A stretch of DNA of 63,063 nucleotides, the filler included, from Intoshia linei (Eukaryota > Animalia > Orthonectida), in NCBI GenBank assembly GCA_001642005.1. It is 4 parts of 4 records of this genome, joined end to end, with 100 filler letters (N's around TTAATTAATTAA, not from the genome) between each part and the next. Parts side by side here need not be neighbours in the genome. Positions count along the whole stretch, not along the records: positions 24,584 to 49,752 come from LWCA01000502.1; positions 49,853 to 61,753 come from LWCA01001135.1; 2 more parts are not named here. One strand, given 5' to 3'. The notes under the pieces were generated by a model. That model was not told the origin of the DNA. It ran no database searches and was given only the letters and a program-made list of their open reading frames with translations. Positions 36,501 to 50,149 of the stretch are shown one piece after another. How positions within the stretch are numbered: position 1 is the first letter of the stretch; every line of letters starts with the position of its first letter. A program made the translations under genes and the position numbers.

Positions 36501-37345
36501 TGTTTATTTATTTTTGTACCTAAACAATAACTTTTTATCGTAAACGTACAACTTTTCCCTGAAAAATCTAAGACTGATTGATGATAATGATTTTCAGTAC
36601 ATGCCGAAAAGGTATAAATTGTTTAAAACATGTTTAAACGTAGTACCATTCAAATTTAATTTTATTTTTTTGTACACCAAACTTGTTTTAATTAATACAA
36701 GTTGTCTCATTGAAGAAAACTTTGAGAAACGCTGATCTAACCGTTACATTTTGGCGGTAAATTTGAAACTTTTAATTTTACGTTAAGAATGTTGGGTATT
36801 TATTTAATATTGTATAAATATTAACTTTAATTGTAAATATAGTTAAATTTGGATGGATACCAGCCAATTACCTAATACCTTATCACTATGAATCAATTTC
36901 GAAATTGAATACACTTGTAATTTTAATTTATCATAAAGAGCATGCATCAGATAATCCATTGACAGGGGCGAGTGGTCCCCATCAGCATTTTCGTTTTTTA
37001 TAATGATCAAGTCAACAAAATACCATAAACTACGAATGCATTGTTTTTACATTAACAATCACATAATGAGTAACACACGGTTGCAAGAATGCTTGTTAAT
37101 AATTATAATTTTATAAGAATGTTTAGTACTATATGACAACAAACGAAAGCCAGTTAAAATTAGTATTGAAAAAAAACAAAAAAAATGAAGTGAAAAGCAA
37201 AATAGTAGCTCTCGGAACAATTCTAAAAATAGACCAAGAAAACTTGGTTGAATTTAACCATTTAAATCGAAACTGGACGGTTAGCTATAACAATGATCAA
37301 TTCATAATACCGTCCATACAAATATATTGCATATCAAATTTATAA
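24584..37345 (+). CDS. RhoGEF with DH, BAR-like and C-terminal SH3 domains (Tuba/DNMBP or ARHGEF37/38-like), multi-exon
   Basis: DH start LKYIVVEIYETEKNYYDAI (25820); AYSYYVPNY (~29290); INEILMKPFQRIIKYPLFIKTIVK (~29730-29798); FMKNINEKTK (~30670); helical BAR-like exons; SH3 end KFGWIPANYLIP (~36850); degenerate SH3-like last exon 37127-37345. Assignment of the 24584-25175 low-complexity exon is uncertain. Confidence 0.8.
27331..28015. mobile_element. hAT MITE carrying a Helitron insertion (~27540-27820)
   Basis: TIR cagcggttcccaa / ttgggaaccgttg; partial TSD gtccaaac / gtctaaga. The internal segment matches the Helitron family. Confidence 0.75.
28642..28928. mobile_element. pogo/Tc1-type MITE
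   Basis: ta-cagtat... / ...atactg-ta ends; subterminal ttggcgag repeats shared with the remnant at ~4125-4230. Confidence 0.6.
30226..30522. mobile_element. Probable hAT MITE
   Basis: Inverted ends cagagccgaacctgcc / ggtaggttcggcacta; no clear TSD. Confidence 0.55.
32268..32807. repeat. Long inverted repeat (fold-back MITE)
   Basis: gaatttgataattc..tgttagagttataatgttctatctgca is inverted as tgcagatagaacattataactctaaca..gaattatcaaattc; arms ~45 bp. Confidence 0.75.
33833..34440 (+). mobile_element. pogo/Tigger deletion derivative retaining the transposase C-terminus
   Basis: TIR cagtaatacctctattaacgaac / gttcgttatagtgaagtattactg with TA TSD. ORF 34013-34219 QDSNFE...SIACYREIYNDKKK..RQKTIDEFFIK resembles the Tigger1 C-terminus. 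Confidence 0.88.
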
Positions 37346-37393
37346 ATATGGAATACTTTAATAATATTAATGTACAAAATAAAATTTTGATTT

Positions 37394-40170
37394 TTAAAGA
37401 GGATAAATAAGTTGTGCGACTCTAAAGTCGTTACGTAGTATAGAGGAATTTATGTCTGAAGGATTTTTCGATTTATTGGAATTGAATTCATTCAAATACA
37501 CGCGGCGTTCGGTGACTTTCCATCTGTAGTAAAATTTTACCACCTCCTGAGTAGTTTTCGTCGCCACACACTTTTGTATCTGATGAAAATCTTTTCCATA
37601 AATAGTCAATGCAGTTTCAAATGACACCACTTCGTTTTCATTCCACATCTTTGAATTTGCTAAAATTAAATATTTTAAATGAGATTACAGTCATTTACCT
37701 TTGTCCATAAATTTGGCTATAAACTTTTCTGCGCGTGTTATGGCCAGTGTGTAATTGTATTTACACGCTTTCAGAACAAAATAAGCCTAAATTAATAATA
37801 AATTTTAAATGTTTGAGGTAATTTACCTTAGGGTTGTATAATGGAATACGATATTTTGCTATTACGGCTCGTTTGCTTATATTTTGATCCTTCGATATTG
37901 CTTCATACAATAAATTTTGGTATTTAATTAAATATGAAGCTAAATATAATAAATATATGAGTATAATTTTGTTTTTACTTTCATTTTCAGCGTTATTATT
38001 ATCCGGTGGTGTCCAAACACATTGAGCTACACGCTTAGAGTCATTAATCACAGAGTATTCTTGACGTGACATGAGAGGAGGTAACATAACTTGGTACTGG
38101 TCTCCAACTCTAACATCCTATAAATATCAATATAAACCCATTAATAAATAAATAATGATTACCGTCCGATGCAATTTAAAGCTGGATTTTGAAGAATCTA
38201 AAATAAATATTTCATTATTTTAATTCAATAAGTAATAATAACACAGTACAACACCAAAAATATGCAAAGATGATAAAAACATTATCTTGTTCTCCTGAAT
38301 GAGTTCGTCAACGTGCTATCAATATTATTTATTATTATCTTATTACATAAAAACTAATTGACCATCTTTTTCAAAATAAAAATCTTAATTTAAAATTCCA
38401 GGTGCAGTAAATATTCCTGCATTAAAAAACACAGTTTTTTAGGATGTGTAGTTAAGTAGTTTTAATTACGCGAATCAGCTTTTTGGTTATTTTTAGTCTT
38501 AGATCTTTTTTTTCGTTTCACATTATAGTTTGTCATAATAGTATCCAAATTTGTTGAAGCGTCCTAAGTTAAATTTTATTAAAATATTAAATATTAAATA
38601 TTAAATAACCATTAATAAAGTTTTTTCTTCGTCCTTGACAAAAGCATCGTTTTCTCCATCAATTTGAATATCGAATGTTTCTAATAAATAATTAATACAT
38701 TTTTAATAAATCTACAAAATTTAGAATCTAAACTGTAAATAATTTAGGTTATGTTACATGTTAGTAAAGGTTAAGTAACTATGTTTTCACTAATTATATT
38801 AATAGGTGATATTTACTCGGTTAAATCCTTATTTATATAAAATATAATGTTTGTGCCCCGCGTGTATATGCAATCATCGATTAAAATGAGGTGGACAGGT
38901 TGACAATTATGTAAATATAAAAACAGCGGTAAATATGATATAATTTTATTTCCACCCAAACATAGCTTAACAATATGTGTGTGGTAACATTTACCACAGA
39001 GAAACATTAATACTGTTACCTAATGAAATACATTATATCTCACACAATTGTAACAAATTACTTAAAAATTTTTAGTATTTTCAACAAAAATATTAAAATG
39101 TGAGTAATAAAATTATTTTGTCAGTATTCAATTACATATTTGTCAGTATATACTGTATGGTCAAGGATATACTGACAGTATATTGAAAGTACTGACTAAA
39201 TAATTTTTTTTACTGCCCTTCCAATTTAAATAGTGACAATTTAACATTTTTACTGGCAAACTATTTAAAATACTGAAACTATAAATACAAGCCAAAAATT
39301 AATAATATTTTTATGTATTTTCTTTGTCATAGCTTGATAGCTCATAGCTTGTGACTAGTTTAAACCCCTGTCAACTAAAATATTTTTTGAAATCCATTAT
39401 GGTAATGTTAATAACAAATTTTTATCAATGCTGCTGAACTAAGAAATTCACTATAAATTAACTTTTGTGAATAAAATAAATTCAAAAAGATTTGTAACTA
39501 TCAATTTTTAAATTTAGTTTAAATGTACATTTACTATATTAGAATTTTTCTTTATTTTTAATCACTATGGGTGTCAAAACAAAAAATAAATAAAATATAA
39601 TATAATAATAGTGTAAACAATTTTTACCATTTTGTATATTCTCAATTTTAAATTTTTCTTAATCTCAGGTTATTTTAAAGTATGCATGGAAACACCCGCC
39701 ATCGGTAAAGTTTGTATATGTTAAGTTACTTAACAAAAAATTATTAATTATTTATTGTTATCAGTTATGAATTTAAAATAAACACCATAACTACCGTTTA
39801 AAAAAATAAAGTAATGTAACCAAGTATATTGTTGCTTGGAAAAATAAATATACATTTTTACTATAGTGATTCGCGCAGCAACCAATGTGTAAAAAAAAAA
39901 TTGAAATATAAAAATCTTAATTTAAAAGTGTAAATGCTCTAAACTTGAGATTTAATATTACTGTCACGTGTATCTCACAAAATAAGTGAAAATAGGAAAA
40001 ATTTATGAATATAAATATTTAAATTTACAATTTCACAGTAAAATGTGAAGCTTAAAGTACTAAATTATATTAAAATTACTCATTAAGTCGTCTTTCGTTG
40101 GATTGTATTCAGTGTCGGTACTTTCAGAGCAACTCGTTTCGCTTTTAATGAGTAGAATTGTATTTTCATT
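37394..40170 (-). CDS. ELM2-SANT transcriptional corepressor, MIER-like, copy 1 (5' boundary approximate)
   Basis: ELM2 DVRVGDQYQVMLPP...CVWTP (~38000-38118); SANT WNENEVVSFETALTIYGKDFHQIQKCVATKTTQEVVKFYYRWK. Confidence 0.85.
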
Positions 40171-43100
40171 CTAAATTGAACAAATTTAGTTTTAAACATG
40201 AAATACAATTAAAAAATTCAAATTTTTAACTTTTATAGTTGTAAATGTCAAAATGATCTCAAATAATACCGTATCTTCCATTATAAATATAGTTTTCAAA
40301 TGTTTTAAATTGAATAAATGTAAGTTTGGAAAGTTTCGGAAATTGAAATGGTTGTAATGATCAGAATCAAATAATGAAAAATTCAAACTTGATACAAGTA
40401 CTAAATACTCAAGACTGGTGTATAATTTGAGAATTTAATTCTATTGGCTTAAATTCCTACGATAGGTATCCTAGGAGGCGTTACTAATAAATTTACAGTC
40501 ATATTAGTCAGAATAACATAGTAATGAGTTAATGACGTATATTTAGTTTTGTACAATTAATTCAAAAGTAATTAGTACTGTACTGTAGCAGTGTTATATG
40601 TAAGAGCGAGCCTGACTTGTGTATTTCTTGCCTAATAGAAAAAATTTTGGCTGATCTACATTTAACAAATTTTTAGTTTATATTGTCCTGTCAACCTGTC
40701 AACGGCAGTATCTGATCATATCAGAATCTACCAAGCTCAAAGTCACCCGAAAATGATAAATCAGGTGCCTAAAAAATTCATAAAAGATGACTAGGTCATA
40801 ACCCCAGATCACCTCTTCAAGGCATTAATTACGGTTCTAACTTAATATTTAAAATTAGCGTACAAACTAATCATGACATTTAAAAATTTTTATTTTTTTT
40901 ATGTTTAATTGGGAAAAATTTGACAAAAATTTCCTCCAGGTCCCCAATGGAAAGTTCTCGGAGTACTGTAGATTAAGCTCTGTATTTTATCATGTTAATT
41001 ATTTCGCAATGAACCGGTGATCAAGCGAAGGTAATAATCGTCATAGTTTATAAATAAATTAGATAGAATATTTAATTTCTGTGTATTACCGTTTAATTAA
41101 TAAATAAAAAGCTGTAGAATTAAAAAATTCCAATTTCTAATACAGTTTTACTAATGTTCTGTTTTATCGCAAAATTAATTTCTAGAAATTGACGTCATCA
41201 GGATCAAAAACCCAGATTATTTATTTTTTTTAACTTTAGTACAGTTAGCTTGACTGAGAAAGGCTAGTATTGAACAAAATTAACATTAAATTAATCTAAA
41301 CTTATATTTAATAATTTCAATCAATTAATCAAATTTCCTAGGTCCAACCAAAATATCGCGGGATTCACTAAATTTCCAATGCGACACCAGTGGACCGAAC
41401 CCCACGGTTTGGAAAACCGATATACAAATCACTTTTTTCCTCGATTTTCAGATTCTCATGTTTAAATACCCGTAAGATTGTAGGTACGTCAATGACAATA
41501 CTTATTAGTGAATTAAAATTCAATGTTAATCGTACAAATATTATCTTATTTTTTCACTCAGCCATAAATTAAAATTAAATTTTAACATTTTAAGTATTAA
41601 TATGCTAAACTAAAATATATATTGTATAAATCGGTCCCTGATCTGATACAAAAATTTTCAATTTAATTGCATTGAATCGTTAATACAAAATTTTAAATTG
41701 ATGTCAAAATCTAGTACTGTACGAATACTATTCTTTGATATATTTAATTTCGTTTACTTTTCGTAACTTTTCGGTAATTATCTATTTGTTACAAGTCATT
41801 CTTTTGTTATTTTTAATAGTCAAATGACTGTTAATGACTTAGTTAAGTAGACTATGAGTTACTGATTTTTATAATGATCTAAAATTCTATGTTGACGATA
41901 ATTATGATTATATAAATATGTTAAATAATGATAATGATTCATTGATGATTGATTAATTAGTTTATAATATTAGTAAATAGTCAATGTCAAACGGTTTAAT
42001 TAATTGAAAAACTGATAAATTTTAACTCCGTTAATATATTGTAAATTCGCTTTAATCTGATTAAATTAATCTATTTAATTTAGTCTCACCAAATTTGAAA
42101 GAATTTACTTGGATAGTTTATGATATTTACCATGTTCATTCACCTTGTTTCATCATGAACCGGGCATTTCGCATTACATTAAATTTAAAGTAAATTATTC
42201 AAACCTACTTTTATTTATTAACATTTGTATCGATAATTTTGTGATCCCATTTTTTTCAATTAAGTCGAGAGAATGAGTGTATAATCTTAAAAATAAAGTA
42301 AAAGCAGTAAAATCTACAAATGTGTACAAACCACACATCGTAAAAGGCTATAAAACTAAAATATTAGTAGCATTTTCTGAAGTATTAATCCCTGAAATTG
42401 ACAATTGATATTAGATTAAAATTAATTATAATTGTATATTGAAACATTTCCGAATGGTTTGCCCGAAAAATTTTTTACATGCCCACTTTGGATATTATAA
42501 CATTAAAAAAATATATTAAAATAATATATTTTTTCGAATAAATTAACAAATAACGATTAGGACTCCCTGGAAAATCACAAAGTCAATCACCGTTTATTTC
42601 ATGACCACCTTTACGGACCCATAAGAGAAAAAGGCGGATAGCTGAGATACACTGATATATGGAATGTATAAAAAAATTTCACCAAAAATATGAAAAAATT
42701 GATCGGATTAAAAGCAAATTTTGAAGAATAATAATAATTATTAATTTTTATTAGCTTTAGTTTGAATGGGAGTTAGGTTCATATACATAAAAATCATAAA
42801 TATAAATTTTAATACTTTTCAAATCCAAAAAATTTTTTTTTATCTTACTTTTAATATTAAATTTGTTATTATCGTACTTAATCATAATGACGAAGAGTCT
42901 TCACTGAAGACATCAGTTCTAAATTAAGCATTAAAATTGGCATAAAAGAAGTTAAACAACCTAAATGGATTAAAATCATTAAATTAAATATTTTAAATTG
43001 CTAAAATCGAATTTAATATTGTAAATTTAATCTAATCTAAAGTTTAATTTTTATCTTGATAATGTTCCCAAAATGGAAAATGTTTTTCAGGTATCGTTTA

Positions 43101-44290
43101 CTGTAGGCATTCTCAACCTTTTTTCGCTGTTGAAACTTCTGAATCGCAAAAAAGTATATAAACTATATTTTTTTATATAAAATGTAATGTTTGTGTGTTA
43201 CTGTTTTTTTAAAAACCTACTTGCTAAAACAGTTTTTCAAGAGTGATGCAGCATCGAAAATGTTATTTTCCGAAATTAAGTTCTTCAAGGTCAAAATCCC
43301 AATTTTATAATTTTAAAATAAAATCAGCTGTAATATTTCAAAAAACATATTCTGGAACGCATTTGAAAGTCATTAAAATTGTCGTAAATCTCAGAATCAT
43401 GAAACTTACATCTTCATAGTCAAAACACAAATTACCCTTTTTTTAAAAAGTAAAAAGGTTGTAAAATTTTGTAAAACATAAATTCTGGGATATTTTTGAA
43501 ATCATGGTTATTATTATAAATCGCAATCCCTAAAAATTGCATTTTTTAACAATCGGTCTTTAGTGAAACAAGTTTGGGGAACCACTCATTCATACAAAAT
43601 GCTGGAACCAAAAATAGTCCGAAAATTAAAAAAAACGATTTTTATGATAGAGCTTATTCCAGTTGATATACAAATATTGTAAATACAAAATTTTAACTCC
43701 AGAAATTTACGCATTTCCGGTGAAAAATAATTATAAATATATTATCAACCAATATTTTTCAAATATTTCGATTAAAATAAAAATTGAAAAATATAAATAT
43801 AGTTTCTACAATTTCAAAAAAAATGAGCATTGAACGTCTACACATTTCCAATAAAGAAATATGGGTGAAAATTTATATAATTTGTTCCTTCGGAATTTTT
43901 GTCATTGCTACGCAATACTCAATTTTTCAATCTCAAATTATCATTTTCAATACTTTTTGTTTAACATTTAAATTAAAACTACAAGAATATTCTGATATTT
44001 TTAAAGAAGCCTACCAGAAAAATTGAAATAAAAAAGATAGTTTTACTGAATAAGATGGCACATTTGTCACGCCAGGGGGCGACTGTCCTCTGCACTTCAC
44101 CTATATAGAGTGAATATAATGTATATAATAGTGTTTATAATATACACTACTGTTACAAACGTAGCTGTGAAACATGGCGACTTCACTTGCCATTGGCTAT
44201 AATGCATACTGGAATCCAATTATATTGCATATTATATTTAAAAACATTTAATGATAATGTAGTTATTACATTAAACTATACAATTATAAA

Positions 44291-47200
44291 CTAGATTTGA
44301 TTGGAAATTTTAAATTGAAAGAGCTTTCGTAAAGATGACCCAACAATATCTGAAAGACTTTTATTTCTAGAGAAACAATTGAGATTAGCAGTTAGGTCGG
44401 TGGCATTCCAGTTTAAATAAAAATTTGCAACCTCTTGCACAGATCTTGTTGGTATAGCTCTTTGAATTAAACAATAGTTTTTTCCAAATTCATACACAGC
44501 TGTTTCAAATTTGAAAACTTCCTTTTGGTTCCACTTCATGTCAGAACCTATAACTAAATGTATCATTAACTTTGTTTATTAGAATGTTTATTATTAAATA
44601 TTTGATAGAAATTTACCTTTAGACAAATTTTCCTTAATAGAACACTTTGATTGATGCATAGCGACACAATAATCGTTATTCCACTTTTCAAGAATATGGT
44701 ACGCCTAAATTGATAATAAATAATGAAAAAACTAACTTACACCACGAAAATATGTGCAAAATCCAATTTTTTCAATTAATTTTTTGTTTTCATAAAATAT
44801 TTCGGAAAAAAAATATATGAATACTAAAATGCTTTTTTGACCGTGAAAGCGTTACTTATTCACAATGAAATTTTTTGTGTGTGTTAACAGTATAGAATTG
44901 CATCACGTAAATTTTTTTAAATTCAAGGGCTGTTTTCATTAAAAAAAAGGGTAATTTGTGGTTTTGGCCCTTAAGATATATTTTTTTTAAATTTAAATTT
45001 ATGATTTTAAAATCAGTATCAGAGTGTATATTTTTTTAAATTCTCGAACTCGTTTGATTTTCAAAAAAAAAACAAACAATTGGGCTTTTTGACCCGAAAG
45101 GTGTGAGTTTAGGAGGTTGAAATTTATCTTACTAACACCTCGGAAAAACTGTAATAAAAATGTGAACTTTATACAATTCTAAAATTGGTAATTATTGAAA
45201 TAAACAATAACACACACAAACAAAGCATATTAAATAAGTAAGGATTTAATAGCAAAATTTAGAGTTTGCACATAGCTTTGCGGTGCGGTATAAATGAATA
45301 TAATAAATAAGTACGTACACTGTACGCCGTAATGTGATCTCTGTATAAAATTATAATATTGTGTTAAATTATCAAATGGTGTTCATAACCGAGACTACTC
45401 AAGTCGAAGTCACTACAAAATTAAAAATAAATACAAAAAAAATTTTCGCCAACCAAGCATTTTACATTTTAAATTTAACACACAAAAATAGTAATATAAG
45501 TGTCTTTTAAATCGTAATTCATGTATTTTTCGTTTTATTTAAGATTATTCTTTAAGTATTCAACAAAACATTCCATTATAAATATACCACATATGCGGTC
45601 CTACGACATTGACATTAAACCGAAACCACTGCACAATGTGCAGTGCATATGTACTAGAGATGATAAATTTTTATAAATATACCTGATGGTTGTGTAACGG
45701 CACCAAATACCGCCTCAATACTGCATCTACAGTCATATTTCTGCGAGTCGATATAGCTTGATAAATTACGTATTGATACCAATCCAAATAATTTCCTAAA
45801 ACATGATTAATATACGAAAAAGTATTTTTTACTTTTTCTTAATGAAATAAAATTTATCTTGTCCGATTCTTTATGTGGTAGGCTATCATCCCACACCACC
45901 TTATAATTAACTTCCGGAAGTGCACTTACATATATATGCAAATCTGTTGAATTCGAGATTTCCCTTTCGATTCGACATTTTCTAGCATTATCTATCATAG
46001 GACAAATCTAGGAATATCTATATAGTGGTCACTCTCAAAAGTGGCCATACAACGGTTCTTGATAAAAATCTTATAAATTTATCTAATTTCTCAACGTTTC
46101 AAAAGTGTTCAACAGAACAATTCAACTATAATAGATAGTTTTAATATTAATTAAAAATATATATATACAATAAGTATAAATATTAATTTTTAAAATCTTC
46201 TAAATTCAAAGTTTCGAATTAAAAAATTCTAAAATGGACCAGGAATGCGTGGACTTGTGATTTTGAAATTTTTTTCTTAATCAACCGGAAAACAGTGTCA
46301 GAACAATCTCTTTTCAACTTTTCAATAAATTCCATAAACTTTAATTATTGGCAGTAATTTGTAGTTTTGACTGTAAAGGTGCAAGTTTTTGAGGTTGAAA
46401 ATTTCAATTGATGATAATACTCATGATTTTAAAAACAACTCTTTTTTAAACAACTGTCTTTTCTAAAAACAACTCTTTTTTTATTTAAAAAAAGGCTCAT
46501 TTGAGGTTTTGACCGTGAAGGTGGTAATTTTTAAGTTTAGAATTTAAAAACTAATTTATAATTACTAATTACTCTACTTACTTCTAAAAAAATATTATTT
46601 AAAATTTGGACTTTTTGTTTATCAAATTTCTGGACTATCAAGTTTTCTAAATAAATGGTTACACTTAAACACATGCATATATTTTTAGCAATTTAGTTTT
46701 ATAACTAAGGATAGAAGAAAATTATAAGAACCTCAGTTTAAGAAACAATGGTATGTATATGTATAATATTAACATAAATATTATGAAATTACTATTGATA
46801 AATCTATTTCCTCTTCTATGGCGTAATCTGCACGTTCAAACATTCTCTTATGTTTAAAGTTACCGAAAGTTCCTATTATTATAATAATTAAGAAATATAT
46901 ACGTTTCATAAACCTAAAATTAATATATATACTAATAATTATATGTTAGAAAATTATGCTAAATTTAAAGATATAAATCCTAATTCTACAAAGTTTACAT
47001 AATGTTTTTAGTAATAGTTATGTATATCTATAGAAAACACGGTACAAGTTGTACCTACAACACTAAAAAATGTAACATGTTAAAATATATATCATTATAA
47101 TCTTCTCAGTTCAGAGTCTCAACTCTGATCAACTTCAGAGAGCAGGTAATGTTTTCAGATTTTTTTTCGAGATCGCATTCATAAGTTGTTCCACTTTTAA

Positions 47201-47700
47201 AATTCTAGATATTTACATGGCTATTTTAACCCAAATGAATTTATTTTGCGTTAATAATTTAAAAAAGTGCGATTAGAACTTACATTTTATTAATTATATT
47301 TTAATGATGAATATTTATATTATTTTATTTTAATTTTAGTCTACAATTATTAATTAATCAAAATAATTTTTTTGTTCAAATTATAGATTAATTTACCATA
47401 TACATCATGTAAACAGACATAATTAACAGAACTGGTTTGGTTGTACAATGTACATTGTACAATTTAGATGTAAATTTACTATTAATTTTCAAATTTAAAA
47501 TTAAAAATAGTGAAATGTAAATCATATTAAAATTACGCATCAAAATATCGCTTTTTGATACCCCATTAGGGTTAGAACCACTCGCATAATACCAATCTTC
47601 AACATTCATCTAAATTCAAAAAACAATTTAATATATAAATTAAAACACACTTATATTTTATAAATCTAAAAATTTAGTACAAATTACCTCATTCTCCATA
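44291..47700 (-). CDS. ELM2-SANT protein, MIER-like, copy 2 (divergent; 5' boundary approximate)
   Basis: SANT WNQKEVFKFETAVYEFGKNYCLIQRAIPTRSVQEVANFYLNW. Exons AYHILEKWNNDYCVAM, NYLDWYQYVIYQAIS and KVVWDD parallel those of copy 1. Confidence 0.75.
44750..45244 (-). mobile_element. Non-autonomous Helitron copy in an intron of MIER-like copy 2
   Basis: Minus-strand start A|TCCTTACTTAT followed by a (GT)n tract; body shared with the other copies. Confidence 0.75.
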
Positions 47701-48311
47701 ATTAATAATGTTATATTAACAAAATTGTACTTTAAAAATGAATCTGTTTATACAGATAAAATAAAATAATTAAAAATTAAAAGTTAATATCATTATATCC
47801 ATTTTTTGCATTTGTTACACAAGGATAAACAGGCTGATATATTATATTAAGTTGATAATATCAACTAGTAATTTATACAAGTATGGATAATATATAGCTA
47901 TGGTGACAAGTTTAGGTTTATTTTTTTATTATATATAAACAATGTTTATTAAACACTAGGTTGACTTTTATGTACTCGTACGAATAGCACCTATCTCTGC
48001 TGAAGAACGATATTTTTTATTTTACCAAAAAAATACATTCAATCAGAAAATGTAAATAAAAAATGATATTATTCATGTTAATGTATTCATGTCATTGTTA
48101 ATGTCAAAATTATCTCTGAATGTTGTCAGAATTTAATTTCCAATAACCTACTGCTTTACAATGACCAATTTGATATATCGCCCATCTATGTATCGAGATT
48201 GATTACGGCATATTTTGAAGAGGTTAATATTGCATTGTCATCATGATTTTAATCTGATCGAAAACCTATAAGTATTAAGATCAAAGCTATTTACAACAAC
48301 AACACACATTA

Positions 48312-49160
48312 TCCTTACTTATATATTAATAATATACTATGCAATATTTGTTTCTATGTGTGTGTTACCGTTTATTTCAATAACCACCAATCTTAGAATT
48401 TTATCAAGTCTACATTTCAATTACAGTTTTTTCCGATGGTGTTAGCAAAATAAATTTAACCCTCCCAAACTCACATCTTACAGATTAAAAAGCCCAATTG
48501 TCCTTTTTTTGAAAATCAAACGAGTTTGAGAATTTAAAAAAAATAATTACGCTTTGATACGGATTTTAAAATCATAAATATTGTCATAAATTTATATTTA
48601 AAAAAATATATCATCAGGGCCAAAACCACAAATTACCCATTTTTTAATGAAAACAGCCCTAGGATTTAATAAAATTTACAGGTGGTACAGTTGTATCCTG
48701 TTAACAGACACAAAAAATTTCAATCTGAAAAATGACGTTTTTACGATCAAAAAAGCATTTTAGTTCCGAAATATTTTATTAAAACAAAAAATATTAAATA
48801 ATAATTGGTCCGAAAATTGAAAAAAAAAATTTTCTGATAAAGTTTATTCCAGTTGATATAAATACAAAATTTCAACCCCAGAAATCTACGTATTCCCAGT
48901 GAAAAATAATTTGTAATATATTATCAACCAATATTTTTCAAATATTTTGATTAAAATAAAAATTGAAAATGCAAATTGTTCCTACAATTTCAAAAAAACT
49001 GTGCATTGAACGTCTACAGATTTTCAATAAAAAAATATGGGTTAAAATTTATATAATTCAATCCTTCAGAATTTTTTTCATTGCTACGCAATTTTTAAAT
49101 TTTAAATTCTCATTATCAAAACAATTTGTATAAAATTTAAATTAAAACTACAACAACGAT
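48312..49160 (+). mobile_element. Long non-autonomous Helitron copy
   Basis: A|TCCTTACTTATATA 5' end, subterminal (GT)n tract, body shared with many other copies in the window. Confidence 0.78.
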
Positions 49161-49752
49161 TACTAAAAGTAATACAACTTTGTTATTATCATTTTTATTA
49201 CAATCCTTTGCAATATTAGTCAAAGTCACCTGAAATATGTTTATAAAGTGCTGTTCCGTTAATTATAATTAACAAAATTAATTAATTAATATTTTTAACT
49301 ATATATTAAATTGATACTGAATATAATATATTATATTATCATATTTAAAATGACAAAATAATTTTATATAATTCTATTTTTTCTGGAATTTATGCTATTT
49401 ATGACAATTTTTAGGATTGGACTGTTTTTACTAAGTCGTTTCATAAGTAATGTCGTTTGTATTGTAACTTTATTATAAATAATTATATCTTTACGAATAT
49501 TTACTGTAAGTGCGTTATTTTTTTATTTTTACGAAATATGGAAAAAATGTGTATTCGATGAAAGAGTAATTTCCGATGACAAACATATTTTTAATAGTAT
49601 TTAGAGAAACAAGTTGGATGATTATGAAAGTTTCATATGGGGCATACCGTATCGGGAACTAATGAAAATATATGTAATGTTTATGGCAAAGATCTATCAA
49701 CATACGAAAAACTTAAAGATGGTTCTTAAAGTTCAGACAAAACAATTATAAC

Positions 49753-49852
49753 NNNNNNNNNNNNNNNNNNNNNNNNNNNNNNNNNNNNNNNNNNNNTTAA
49801 TTAATTAANNNNNNNNNNNNNNNNNNNNNNNNNNNNNNNNNNNNNNNNNNNN
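49753..49852. other. Assembly spacer
   Basis: N44-TTAATTAATTAA-N44. Confidence 0.98.
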
Positions 49853-50147
49853 AAGGATAAAGGTTTAACAGCTTCTTATGAAATTTCAAAAATTATAGCA
49901 AAAGCTATTTCGACTTTAAGAATAAAAATCAAACTAAAATTACTCGTCAAATTCCTCTGAGTTACTCATCAGTGTGAAGACCAGGGGTGTCACTTATGCG
50001 TGAAAACTATGGTCAAAAATTTTATAAAACAATACAAGCATCGATTTATAAGGTAGCGTACGACTAAGATTTTTTTATATTAGGGGGTCCATGAATAATA
50101 TAAAATAGCTAAAGGGTCCATGTACTGATAAATGTTGAGAAACACTG
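49853..50147 (+). mobile_element. Charlie/Buster hAT transposase remnant plus right TIR
   Basis: Translation GLTASYEISKIIAK...QIPLSYSSV resembles the Buster family (ASY..A..IAK...IPLS..TV). Ends gttgagaaacactg. Confidence 0.65.
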
Positions 50148-50149
50148 AG

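Noticed and set aside
40700-41031. Plus-strand exon-like blocks between the MIER-like copies
   Set aside because: Could not assemble a stop-free spliced frame or recognise a domain.
44069-44083. CTCF-like motif acgccagggggcgac between the MIER-like genes
   Set aside because: Single imperfect match. Similar GGGGCGAC motifs are common in MITE subtermini, and there is no supporting evidence.
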